Below, piece after piece: positions 1 to 43,852 of a stretch of 64,000 bases of DNA; within the stretch, counting starts at the first letter, position 1, and each line of letters opens with the position of its first letter. The notes beneath the pieces are model-generated. The model was not told where the DNA came from, ran no database searches, and saw nothing but the letters and a program-made list of their open reading frames with translations. The position numbers and the translations under genes were made by a program. The stretch lies in the NCBI GenBank assembly GCA_051294905.1, contig CM119384.1:10540001-10604000 (forward strand). The letters run 5' to 3'. The DNA is from Botryllus schlosseri. Lineage: Eukaryota.

Positions 1-202
1 TTCTACAAGTGGACAGTGAAATTGTATTCTCTGTTTAAAAAAACATTTTTCAAAGTCATGTTACAGACAACCAAAAAAACAGATTTTCAAAAAGCAAGTG
101 CAATAATTTATGGCTACATCGAGCATAGTTTATGCCAGGAGTTGATATTTCAAGGTGTGACAGATCTCGTAAAATTGAATTGCCACCCTCAAGGTTGTTC
201 AT

Positions 203-741
203 TAAGGCTGTTCAGAAATAACTTTTTTCCTGAATCTTGCTGGCTACGTGATTAAATTGTTAGGTTGCCTTAAAAAACAACGCACACCAAATTTGAATTC
301 ATTCCAACCAATATTTGCGGATTTCGTACAGTTTTAAAATTTTGAATTTGCCCGAAAATGCAAAAAAAAAAAATTTCAAATTTTACTGCCAACCTCATGA
401 AAACGATGCAAAACAAATTTGATTATCCTTGATCGGTGGATCATCCCAGAATTATCATCGGAAAACTTGAATAACTCCGCTTCTACAGATTGGAATTGAG
501 TCAAATTTGTTTTGCATCGTTTTGGAAGACAGCGCAACAATTTCATGTGGTCGGAAGGAAAATTTGAAAAACATTTTTTTTGCATTTTTGGGCAAATTCA
601 AAATTTTCAAACTCTACGAGGCACGCGAATATTGGTTGGAATGAATTCAAATTTGGCATGCGTCGTTTTTTAAGGCAGCCGAACGATTTAATCACGTAGC
701 CAGCAAGATTCAGGAAATTAGGTTATTTTTGAACAGCCCTA
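203..741. mobile_element. Non-autonomous hAT-type MITE, almost entirely palindromic
   Basis: Ends are TAAGGCTGTTCAGAAATAAC and GTTATTTTTGAACAGCCCTA. The inverted arms pair for roughly 190 bp. Perfect 8-bp TSD TTGTTCAT at 195-202 and 742-749. Confidence 0.88.
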
Positions 742-1974
742 TTGTTCATTCAGTGCCGTGTCCGTATGTCTCCCTTGATTGGTAGCATTTCCGTTTATTT
801 TTTGGGTGAATTTACCATTGCATTGTGGCGAGTTTCTTGCATGCCATCCCCCGAGACGGTCTTCGTTCCGGATTTTGCCTGTTATAATTTTTCATATGTT
901 AATATTATTTGGCAACCGTTTTTCTTCTGCAATATCTCTTTTGCATTCGGGATATCAAAGGCACTTTTGTGAATGTCTTTGATCGGTGCGTATGATCCTG
1001 CGGCATACTTTAACTGATCTGATTTTCTGGTGGATGGAAACTCGTGCGGAGATAGGGATACGGAAGTATTTGAGTATATCTCGGGATTGGTTAATGCAAC
1101 GTTTGCGACTCACAGTGTGCTGACTCTCTCGAGTGTTTCTGGATTAAAATTTAGGTGTTGCGGCCGGACACATTCAAAGATTACTCCCCCCCTCCTGATC
1201 CAGATTTAGGCAGAATCAGAATACCTGTGACATTTCTCATATTTCCCCTTTTCGACTGCGTGGGTGTGAAGAAGCCTGAAAATCTTGGCTCCACGCTAGA
1301 GCGATCTGTGTGCAAACGTAAACACACATTCCTGAAAAACGGACCACAAACGATGGTTGTAAGACCCGGTCTAGTTGTGTGGATGTCATGGTCGCTGTTT
1401 CTTAGACATCGACATTTTGAAGTAGTTTTGCCGGTGAATTGTCTTTATTGGACCATATGAAGTGCTACTCAAGAATCCATTTCTGTATATTTAGATAAGG
1501 TCTGGCGGCTAAATAGGGTATGAAGGATGTCTAATCAGGATTTTCAAAACGTTTCATAAGACAATCAATGAAAGAACCAGTTCCTAGTCAGTCTGTCGGT
1601 TATTGACATTTGAAAACAACAAGATTGAGATATAATGAAAAGATAGGAGGGTGTCAAAACGACTTGAGTCAATCTCGATCATTAATTGACAACAATTATG
1701 TTGGAAAGGGTTTGACAATTTGAACCATCCACAAACTCTAAATACAGAAAACACTGATGTCGCATAGGTCTACGTTTTGGATGTCTCAAAATTGTAAGGG
1801 TTGTTAATGCAGGTAACATAACGTTTGTGATGTCATAAGCAATGTGCATGCTTCTTTCATCGATGAACCCGACAGGAAAAAATTCTATACCGATCGGTCT
1901 GGTCTGGCGTCATTCCCGATTTCTTTTATACATTTAAAAGCGAGATGAAGTTTAACACAAAATTTATTTCGAAG

Positions 1975-3318
1975 ATTACATGGGCGGGAAGAAATCGGCT
2001 CTGGAAACTCAGCCAAAACTGCCCGGAGAGAGCGCCGCCAACATGGGAATGTCGCTGTCGAATAACGTCTACATGGACGATAGTGAACTGGCCAAATCTC
2101 AGCAAACCCACCCTTCGGCGTGGCCCAATCAGTTTTTATCGCGGGACAGCGCCAATGACGACCCGATCTACATCAACGACCAGCAACCAGAGCACGATTA
2201 CCTCAATTGGAATGGACAGGAGGAGGACAATGAGAAGACGGCCCTGATGGACCAGCATGACCATCAAGGTTGGTATCTTAAAATTGTTATTATCTTTCAC
2301 AGGTGCTACCTTCAGACATCCCCTGGTGCTTTTTTACTCATAACTAGAAAACCTGATGCTTTGATTAAATGGACTGCAGTTCATACTTTTGTCTATTTTT
2401 GTGGATGGCATGATCTTGAGATGTTCTTAGAATTTTTACTGTTCCACAACCACAACCCGAGAGTCAATTTTTTTGGCCTGCGGATTCTTCTGAAAATATA
2501 CCCGAAAATGCCCCCTGCATGATGACTTTCCTGCTAACATCTTCATTTTTGGAATCTGGGCGAAGACATATATTTTTTTACAACAGCACAGAAAAATAAT
2601 AATCAGCACTAAGTTACGTTTGAATTACGCATTTTGATATCGAATTTCAATAGCTGCAGAGTTTGAAATAAATTTGTAAATGAAATCGACCCTGTCGTAA
2701 CCCCTAACACGAGCATCACTCGTATCTATATTTTGTGTATTGATAAAAACTATCCCTAATATTTTATATTTCAAAAACTCCCGGCTGTTCCTGGTCGTTC
2801 TTGAAAAAATTGTGCTGCAAAAAAGAAAATTTTCCGTCCGTATTTCTTTGTCGTTAGTAAGATTTCAATTTCAATCGAAACATCAAAACGTTTTCCACTC
2901 AGTTCCGTGCAGTTTACTGACTGTTCAGTCCGTTTCAGATTCTCCAACGCTCAGCAAGACTCCAGACGATGCCAGCGTAGAATATTTGAATCCAAGCAAT
3001 ATAATCCACGATCACGGCGACAACCTTCACCCATCAGTGTCAAACGGTTCGCCGAACCTTGACCCTCACAATCTAAATCCGAGACAATCCCCTACGCACA
3101 ATGGCGACGGACCTTTCAGAAACCAATTGAAACAGAATGGTCGAACAAATGTCGACGAAACAGACAGACTCGGGCCTCAGTTCAGCCCAATGTTCGAAGA
3201 CCATGACTCGCACAGGCAGGGAACTCCTACAAATATAATAACAGGTCTAGATAATCCTGAGTACATGATGCTGCAGGAATGTGACGGTTTGTTAAACGGA
3301 GATTCCTCTGAAGCTTAG
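1975..3318 (+). CDS. Last two coding exons of an ErbB/EGFR-like receptor tyrosine kinase (C-terminal docking tail); the rest of the gene is upstream of the window
   Basis: Exons 1975-2268 and 2939-3318 join in phase 1 across a GT..AG intron and end at TAG 3316-3318. The low-complexity tail has Tyr motifs DYM, VYMDD, IYIND, HDYLNW, VEYLNP and GLDNPEYM. YxN and LDNPxY motifs are typical of ErbB tails. No kinase domain is visible here, so the family call rests on motifs only. Confidence 0.6.
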
Positions 3319-3432
3319 CCTGATAATATGTCAGCCAACCCGATGTTACAAGCGCATTTGAGAATTTTGCCTAAATCAACATTGATGCCAAATTATTGAT
3401 TACGAATATCACGGCAGGCTTTGAGTTACGAC

Positions 3433-3656
3433 TAGGGCTGGGCTCTGGGCACAATGTTTGTAGAACTGGAATCCGACATTTCTTTGCGATAGTTATCAAG
3501 TGTTGGCACAACGCGTTGTTATATTTTCGGTAGACTCATACAAAATTATTCCTGATCAAGTTGAACTAACTGTATGACGCCATAATGAGTGATACTCAAA
3601 ACTTAGTGCTGGACTCGGTATCGAATAACCCAGGTACTCTGTCTCGCCCAGCCTTA
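3433..3656. mobile_element. Short hAT-type MITE (TAGGGCTGGGC terminus family)
   Basis: Ends are TAGGGCTGGGC and GCCCAGCCTTA. Flanks GTTACGAC (3425-3432) and GTTAAGAC (3657-3664) match at 7/8. Confidence 0.72.
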
Positions 3657-6600
3657 GTTAAGACACATATGACACGGACACACACACAATAAAAATCTTC
3701 GTTTCATAAAAATCCTTCCAGTTACGGTTCCGTAGTTTACTGATTTGCATTGCACATATGGTTCCACCGGTCACCGGTATCAGTGGGAATGTCATCAGCC
3801 CAAGCACTATCGGTATCGGTTTTATACTCATAGTACTTTTACTTTCATGTCAATCGGGATATGTGTGGCTATCATATTTTGTTAATGAGATTGTTTATTT
3901 TACTTTTGATATTTTCTATTCAGATATCCTTTGTGTTTTATACCTAATCATGTTACTCGAACGTTACAATCCTTGTGCATTGTTATTGAGGCGTCTTCTT
4001 CTGGGCATAAGTATTATATAAATTCTCCTTAAGAATTTTGTGACTTGAGTGTCCAGACCATAAGTCTGTAATATTAGTAATTAGTGTTTTAGTTGGGCAG
4101 TTTCCATTCCCTAGTTATTGATAGAATCCTCTGTAATGTCGCAAAATTACTGTTGAGCGTTACCCGAGATTGTAGGCAGACTTGAGTAATTTGAAATTAC
4201 CGAAGTAGAATCGCTACCTATTTAAGTGGTTGGGAACCCAGCGCACTTCGCGGTACGGCAAATGATTTGACGTTGACATTTAGTATAGCAAGATTGGGAA
4301 AAACTGAAACTGAAATTTTGAAATGGAAAACGATACCAACACTACATGTAGAACTTATCAGATGTGGTTTTGCTAGCAAGCTGGTATGATACGTCACAAA
4401 TGGATTCGATCTGGGATCTCCTTCGAAAAGATATGTTCAACGTGTTATGGTTTTTGTCTTATTCTCGTGGAAATTGAGTTGTGGCTGAAATCAGTGCGGT
4501 AAGGCGCAACGGCGGTTGCCAGCTTTCAGATGCCCAGTTGGTGGTGGGATTCTTTGCTTGGTTCGATGATTATATGCCCACTACGGGCGTTTAACTGTGG
4601 AGCAATTGCCTTGATTTTGAAGTGGGCCAGTGACCATGTAACAGAATCAGTTTAGGACAGGGTCACCAACCTTTTTAGAAGCAAGAGCTACGTCTTGGGT
4701 ACTATTAATGAGACGGGCTCTCGGTTACTCCAGGGACATATAGAACTCTATATCCCTGCATGGTTACTCTCGCCGTTTATCCATGTAGGTAGGCCTACGG
4801 TTGGATTTCTTCACTTTGACATTCAAAGCACTGAGCAGCTGGTTTCCGGGCCTTAGCATAGAACAGATAACTCTCACTCACCGGGGCGCATACCAGCATC
4901 TCCGGGCTCACTTGCACACCGCGTCGAAGCTCCAATCTCCGCGACGTGACTCGGGGATATTAACTAGATTCGCGTTGAGACTCCGTGTGTGAGAAGACGA
5001 GCATTCCAGCAATGCCCCGATCGAAAACTGCGTTCGTTGTGTAGGTTTCGATTGATGAATAAAGCAGCTACATATACAAAATCGATGCAGTCAGGGTCGT
5101 CCGTCTCTTCAATCAGCTGTACCGGAAAAGTCCGTTGTTACTAAACAATGTTGATTTTGCCCATCAATTGACTGATTAACCAGTCTGCAGAATCCCTAGA
5201 AAGCGTGCTGGCTCATTGCGTGCCGTGAGAACTACGAAGTATTTGTGCACTGTATAATTATTGCTGCACTGCGAGGTGCGATGGCTTTTTAAGAGAAACA
5301 GCTTGCGTGACTTTAATCTCCGTTTCAAACGATCGTGAATTTTTCACAGTGCTGCGACCGTGGCCTTCGACAAGGTGTTCTGGTTGCGAGAAACGATGTT
5401 GCTTTTACTTGACGGGGATATTCTTCAAAATTGATGAGTAGATTATATCTGCGGTTCTTAGTAATGATGAAACCTGATCAAGGTGGAAATGGCTCTGTCT
5501 TAATTCAGTGATAATAAGCCGGTGATATAGCCTATCACATAAATTAAGCGAGGCGTGAACTGTCCAAATTCTCAAACTTGCCTGAGCTACCTACCGTCCA
5601 GCGCGCATTCCCGCTTTTGGTACCAAAGCATAAGCCAGTCATTTCGGAAAACTGCACAAGGATTCGGTAATTTAATTCCAGGATACATTCCAATTTTAAA
5701 TTCCTTACCGCATATTCAATCCATTCTGTAAAGTTTCCGAACATGAAATAATTGAGGAGCTGATCAGATTGTAGAACAATTTTGAATTCAAGTCGAAGTT
5801 TAATGTATCCCATCAATCGTTCCAGATAAATCAAATAGAAATACCCCCATTGGAGTCAGATTGACTTGGGCTATTCATCGTTGCGCTTCCCTACTCATAT
5901 TCGACGGAACGTATGCTTTCAGTGCCGTGTTAAAGTTTCTGACTCGTAGCAGAAACTCTCACACAGCACGGCACGTGGAGAGGAGACTGGAGATTTTAGA
6001 ATGAGATTGTTCTCATGGAAACTCAAAAACCCAATATGTCGTGGAGGAAGACAATACGCCAGCGTCATCCGTCTCATAATATTATTTGCTGTTATAAAGG
6101 CTGAAATACTATCGTTTTATTATGTTTAGGGGTGTTAAGGGGGTCAGGGGGGCGCTGGTACTTTATTCATTGTCCGGGGGTGGGGGCGGTAGCTCAAAAA
6201 AGTTTGGCAAACACTGTTCTACAGGGTATAGACTGGGAGACCTGATACGACCAAAGTCTTCTAGGCCGGAGGCAATACGTCCCGACGAATTGGAGACGAG
6301 TGGTACCTGAAAACGTAACAAATATATTGCCGACTGAGCTCTGTCAAGCTGGCCAGAAAAACGCCCAAGCTCAAAACGCTACCCTGTAACAAATCACGGA
6401 ATATGGTCATGGTCGACTTGTGTGACAATTCCATATGACGGGAACATCATACCCACGGAAAATGATGTTATCTCCCATCCTGAAAAATCCCCAACATTTC
6501 AAAATTTTGTCGGAATAGTCCTAGGCCTACCCGACAAAATTTGCTCAAACGGTCTGTACACTTTCTATATCCCCTCTCGAACAGCTACAGCATCCATAGG

Positions 6601-7442
6601 TTATACCCAAGCACAAATAGAGGGAGTGATTTTCCGCACACGCCGCGAATATACATTTCAAGTGAAAAACGAAAGGTCTGATGAACACGCAAGCAAGCAG
6701 TTTAGTACAATACCCAGAAGTTGTAGCGTAAATTGCTATTCCATTACAAATTTAACAGAAAACGATAGGTAGAAAAATACCAAAAATGTGGTTAAGGAAG
6801 CACTCCAGACCAGGGAGGTATCGTGGCCTGTTCCGCTGTCTTAGTCACACACTGCCGATTCGAGTTCTGTTGATACTCTTGAACTCTTCATCCCTATCAC
6901 ACGCGCGTTGGGACCAGCGGTCTGCCACAACGTGAAGGTAAACGATCGGTCAGACAACAAAGTGGCCGGGCTTGGTGGTGACGCAGGACTTATGGAATAT
7001 TTATCAGTAACGAATATGACTACGTAGCGCCAATGAATGAATTTCTTCATTCTTGATAGTCAAAGTCACATTCGAAAATATCATTGTCCAAGTTGACACC
7101 GTCTCACCCAATTCCAATATTTATTTTAGCTAGGCCTATATGGGGCAGGTGCAGGGGTATCAAACATGCAATTTTCAGTAGATTGAAAAATGCGTGCGAG
7201 CATATTTCTAACAGCAAATGTTGGGATTTTTAGCAAGATATAGCCTACTTCCAATAAATAACCCCCCACGATAGCAAATGCAGAGTGTTGATACACCGAT
7301 ACAGAGTTCGTATGACGCCAATACACGACTGAAACAAAGGGTGCATAGAAATATGACAACTTATATCATATCAGGAGCCTCTGTTTTAGCCGTTTATAAC
7401 GGTATCCAACCGCCCATTCATTATTGCCATGATAGAATAGAA

Positions 7443-8271
7443 TAGGCTTACCATACGTCCTCTTTTAAGAGGATTTGTCCTCTTTTTTGACTTTTTTGAA
7501 AGTGTCCTCGGAGGACGCCCTTTTGTCCTCTTTTTTGAGATTTTGTCCTCTTTTTAGAAAATTTAGGTTAGATTTAGAGCAAATCGCGAGTAGGGCTGGG
7601 CAAAATCGAGTACCTGAGTGATTCGATTCTGAATCACGTAATATGCTTCGAGTCGAGTATTCGAGTATCACTCATTATGACGTCACAACAGGATGTACTA
7701 TGTCGAAGTCCAAATATGAACCTTTTATGCCACCACAAAGAACGTAATGCCTGTTATCCATCACAATAAAGATACTTTGATATTTTTTCGACCATAACGA
7801 TTTCATTGCACTTCTTAACAATTTTGTTGGATGATAATGACTTCGGAAATGTGTTATTTTCCAGTAACGTTCGTAGCTATAAACTGTGCCTGGTAGGCTC
7901 AAACACGGCCAATCAAGGTTTCACGGCTTCCTCGGTGGAAAATAGTATCAAAACTATAATTCTCGTCAGTAAATTAACTTTCAGTTGCGAGGACCGTATA
8001 ATTTCAGTACTCGAAAAAATCGTATTTTACTACTCGACTCGAATCATTCAAATTACTACTCGATTCAGATTCGAGTACTCGAATCATTTTGCCCAGCCCT
8101 AATTGCGAGTGATATGCCGAAAACTAGCACAGAAGTGAAGCTCCGGCGGTTATTACGGAGAGAAAACGGTGAATTTAGCTCCGAGCGAAATGATGACCTT
8201 CTCCGGTTTTGCAAGTCTGGAATTTCTGAAAAAGTGTCCTCTTGTTAGATTTCCAAAATATGGTAAGCCTA
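7443..8271. mobile_element. hAT-type MITE (TAGGCTTACCATA terminus) interrupted by a second MITE
   Basis: TIRs are TAGGCTTACCATA and TATGGTAAGCCTA. Perfect TSD GAATAGAA at 7435-7442 and 8272-8279. A related copy lies at about 8482-8841. Confidence 0.85.
7591..8101. mobile_element. hAT-type MITE (TAGGGCTGGGC family, about 510 bp) nested in the 7443-8271 element
   Basis: TIRs are TAGGGCTGGGCAAAAT and ATTTTGCCCAGCCCTA. TSD ATCGCGAG/ATTGCGAG matches at 7/8. The body is closely similar to 26380-26889 and, in reverse, to 41523-41998. Confidence 0.88.
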
Positions 8272-9207
8272 GAATAGAACCCATATGATCCGTAATATAA
8301 TGTAAAATAGGCCTACTATTATGTGCAATGTGCATAAGATTGCTAGTAAAGTATTCAAATGAAAATCAAGGGCAGTAGTTCCGAGGTGATATTTTGAAAT
8401 CATTTGACTATAGTGCGGCCCGGAGCAATCTGAAGGTTTGAATCCGGCTCGCGAAGCAAGTCGAGTTTGACACCCCTGCTATAGGGTTACCATACGTCCT
8501 CTTTTAAAAGAATCAATCCTCTTTTTTCAATAAATAGAAAGTGTCCTCGGAGGACGCCTAAATGTATTATTTTTGGGGGGAATTTGTCCTCTTTTTTTTA
8601 GAAAATGCTATCAAAAACTCGACTCCGAAGCAGCGAACGCCATCTTTGGCAAGACAACCTACGAAAAATACGGCGCGACGGGTGTATCGCGAGTACAGAT
8701 GGAAAATATGACTTTTTTTAGTCATCACATGCACTATTGGTCGAAAATTTCGAAATCACCAGTTTTCTTTTCCAGTACTATAGCATCCAGAGTTTTTGAA
8801 AAAGTGTCCACTTTGTCGGATCTCGAAATATGCTAACCTTATCTTAGCATGACCGTGAACACAGTGAAAAACCTCTGAGCAGATCTTCTCATGGTATTAT
8901 TCGATAACAGATCATGACTCCTCAAAGATTTAATTTTGCAAAAAAAAAACACCCACTCACATTTCATACACACATTCAGCAAGTACGTGTTTTCGTTATG
9001 CCAGTAAAAGCATCCGAGCGGAATATGACAACGCGTAATTTTGGATTGTGACTAAGCAAAATAGTACGCGATTCACGAATTTGACAGTTTTCTACATCTG
9101 GTGCCTGCGTTATTGTATTCTATAGTAGTATTATATCGTGCAAGCACTACATCAGATTTTCGTTTCGATCTGTTCTACTGCTAGCTGCGGGATTGATATC
9201 AACGATA

Positions 9208-40336
<31,129 letters not shown>

Positions 40337-40746
40337 TTTCCGGCTGAAACAATACCTTAACTTTGGGCTGACTTATTCTAATAAATTTGTACATATCCGT
40401 CTGTTACCATGGGTTGCCCTGTTACGATTCACTGGACGTTTGTTTTGTGTTTGGGGTAGTTTGGTGTTATATAGTGCCAGTATTGTGGACGTCTGAAAGA
40501 TGACTGAAAAATTGAGTCGGCAGCCGCAGTTTTAGAAACAACTAGTTGGTGATTGGCCTGTTGTCGAGTTTAGGAAGAAACCCTGTTTCACCGGTTGAAT
40601 CACACCGAACGTAATGATAGGTTGTCACAGCTACAGAAGATCGTAACCTGGTCGAAGTGGTGATGAATTATGTTTGTTGCTGTACATTAGAATAAGTTAT
40701 TACTGACTGTAATGGCAATAGATTGTGCTTATAGTGTGTCAAGAAC

Positions 40747-42091
40747 AGCACCGTAACTGCCGCACCCCAAACCCCCCAATTGGGGGGGGGGCCCGAGCTT
40801 GAAGGGGGCCCAAAATTATTTCGTGAATTAGCATAAATTATAGAGTATTTTTTTTAAATTTATGCAACTTTTTCAAAATTTTTTCGCGCTGCGCGCGATG
40901 TCAAACTGCCAAACATCTTGAATATTTGTACTCTTACTCCAAGAAAAAACACGCAAGATTTATAGAAATAGACATATCGGCGTTGGCCATTACCGCGCCG
41001 CAACGCACCAAGACATATAACGATTTAGGACATATTACATGCGACTCCAAGAAGTGTGCCAGAACGATCGGCAATGCGAAAACTTGGCCGAAAAGGACTG
41101 CCCTTACGCTGTCCGAAAACTTCGTTATACATACAAAATGCATATAGGTTTAATTGTCAATAGGCGCCTAAATGACTGGCGCCAAATGTTACTGTCTTGG
41201 TAATCTGAACCTCAGAAGACAAATACCATCCCGCAGGGAAACATTATATGGCAGTGAAGAAATACCAATTTGAAATCTTCTGCGTCTTTTAGTTTAGTAC
41301 GTTTGGGCCATTCTATATTTTTTGATATAGCAGACAGGAGGTCACGTCACGTCACATCATGTAACGAAATCATACCAACGGGTCCGCCCGCCCGAAGATG
41401 TTTAATTATTATTTACTGGCCCTACAGTTTCCGGTAAATCTGATAACGTGAGCAGAGAGGACAATGAAATTGATAGCAATATATATGCAATTCCCAATCT
41501 TATTGGCCGCTTTTATCATGAATAGGGCTGGGTACAGCAATGATTCGAGTACTCGAATCAGAATCGAGTATTAATTTTAATGATTCGAGTCGAGTAGTAA
41601 CGGACGATTTTTTCGAGTACTGAAATTGTACGCTTCTCACCACTGAATGTTAATTTATCAACGAGAATTATAGTTTCGATACTCATTTTCACTGTAGAAG
41701 CCTTGGAACCTTGATTGGCTGTATCGTAGCATACGAAACATATTGGTACAATAAAGCTACGAACGTTACTGGATGTAGCACATTTCCGAAGTCATGATTA
41801 TCCCACAACATCATCACCAAGTGAAATGAAATCGATATGGTCGAAAAAATACCAAAGTATCATTTATGAGAGGGATAACAGGCATTAAATTATTTGTGGT
41901 GACATAAGATTTAGATATTTGAACTTTGACGTATTATATTATGTCATGGCGTCATATTGGGTGATACTCGATTACTCGACTCGAAGCATATTACGTGAGG
42001 CGAAGCCCCCCAGAAGTTCGGTTTATCACCGTATGGGGGGCCCATGACCAACGTTTTGGGGGGGGCCTGACGAAGTGCTGTTACGGCCCTG
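40747..42091. mobile_element. Degenerate TIR element containing a truncated, reversed TAGGGCTGGGC-family MITE (41523-41998)
   Basis: The left end CAGCACCGTAAC resembles the complement of the right end GTTACGGCCCTG. Both ends have G/C-run GGGCCC blocks. 41523-41998 matches the reverse complement of the 7591 and 26380 copies. No TSD resolved. Confidence 0.45.
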
Positions 42092-42854
42092 GTCAAGAAA
42101 GTTCGCATGGTGTTATAATAAACCTTCAACCGCAAATGGGTTGTGGAGATAGATAGGAAGTATGTTAACCCAATCGTATAGATGCGACGTAAAATGGTTT
42201 CAGATCTCTGCCAATCAGCCCAACCCGTTGAGCATTAAGTATCTGTCAGCTTACCTACCCTTATCCTCCGTCTTGTTATCGCGCGCTACCCAACTCGACT
42301 GATAACGCTACGACATTACTCGGCTTCAAAAGGTTGGGGCGAAACTTCCATTAGTATTTTCTACATTATGGGTCGACTCTTTATGAATACTATCAATCGA
42401 ATACCTTGGCCTAGAATTATTGTGATAAAATCCAAAGAGCATGTTAAAATAAAGGATGTACAATTGTACACTTGCGCAGTTCTCTGAATAAGAACTATTC
42501 AATGGTATATTGAAGTTCTGTACCTCCAAGAAGCTCTTTGAATGAGAACTACAGATCTGTCCTAAAATAGGCTGACGATGAAGATGAAGACTGGCCACAG
42601 TACAAAGGTAATGTGCATGTGCATTGTGCATGCGTCGACACGAGGTTCAGCCGAAATCGAGATCATAACAGGGATCGGGCAATATCAGAACGTCTAGGCC
42701 TGTTTGAAATTCTACCACGTAAAGACGCGGACAAGTTAATCTTTGAGCACCCTAGTCCATAACGTCCATGATGAGATGATACCCAAGGCAGATCGATAAC
42801 AGCGTAGCCCTCAGACCATATCAAATACGCTGTAAATTGCTATACTCATTGATC

Positions 42855-42890
42855 TATAGATAACTAACCTACGTAGGTTAGTTATCTATA
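42855..42890. mobile_element. 36-bp perfect palindrome with a 7-bp TSD; mini-derivative of the 59864-61149 foldback element
   Basis: TATAGATAACTAACCTAC|GTAGGTTAGTTATCTATA is flanked on both sides by ATTGATC (42848-42854 and 42891-42897). It matches the outer 18 bp of the foldback TIRs. Confidence 0.75.
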
Positions 42891-43852
42891 ATTGATCAGA
42901 CATCGCGAATGCTTTGATAAATGATAGCAAGGCCGGACTTGATAACTGTTTTGTCGTTTCCGCCATCGCCCACGTTCAGGTTTACTTGATCGTCAATGTT
43001 TTTCTTTCATGTAATGAATTATCTTGCCAGAATCTGATCTCATTTTTTGCATAGGACTATGCATTTCCAATATTTCCATACATTCTATCGATCGGTGCGA
43101 GGAACGACTTTTATATAAAGGCTGTGCTGTAAGGTCGCAACAAAGATGCCGCAGTGCCCACTGGTGGTTTAAGACGATAGACCTGCAGCCTCTGTAGCGG
43201 GACTAACACTAAAGTGCACGCTCGTCGACGCTGCGGTAAATATGTATTGTCTCTACTGTTGTTCCAGTTCCAGATCGTTTGCTATATTGGTCTGAGAAGC
43301 AAGGTTATGGTCAATTTATAATTTATGACGATTCTGTATTTAGCGCGAATAGATTGTCATGCGAGTGCATTCTAATCGAGTTCAAACAGTATCGAAAACT
43401 CTGAAAATCGTAATCATGGTTTGCCGAACTTGGACTTCCGCACTTACTATGTCACAATGAGATGTCCAGTCGCAAAATTTCCGTTCTGGCTATGTCTATT
43501 ACATAAATAACTGTTCATATATTTTGTGTGTCTCCTTTTTCATTAAATGAATGAGAAAAAGGCTCTATTCCTGCAATCGCTATTTTTGTTGAAGCACTTC
43601 CTATTTGTTTCCTGAATCACCGCAATTAATGTTTTAGGCAGGGTACTCGTTTAGTTACAATTCAAAATCACTTTTAATCCTTTAAAAATATAAATATTTT
43701 TTCTTCCAGACAGTCAAAGCTGGCCAATTTAACTTGCATCCCAGCTTGAACAAGAATGATTGGCTGTCCAATGTCCAGTGCTCCATTATTGGATATATTG
43801 CTCTGAATACATCAAAGTGTTGACAATATTCACAAACTCGGATAGTAGCAAA

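Noticed and set aside
3758-4021. 87-aa hydrophobic ORF resembling a membrane protein
   Set aside because: T-rich sequence in the likely ErbB 3' UTR yields Phe/Leu/Ile by composition. There is no homology cue or splice support.
6790-7050. GC-richer stretch with a faint RTE-like peptide (DRWS..RNRPR) on the - strand
   Set aside because: The frames are broken by stops and the motif match is not convincing by eye.
7152-8478. Third, outer hAT layer around the nested MITE pair
   Set aside because: The ends are complementary-like (CAGGGGTATCAAAC / GTTTGACACCCCTG), but the flanks GGCAGGTG and CTATAGGG do not form a TSD. It is mentioned only as a possibility.
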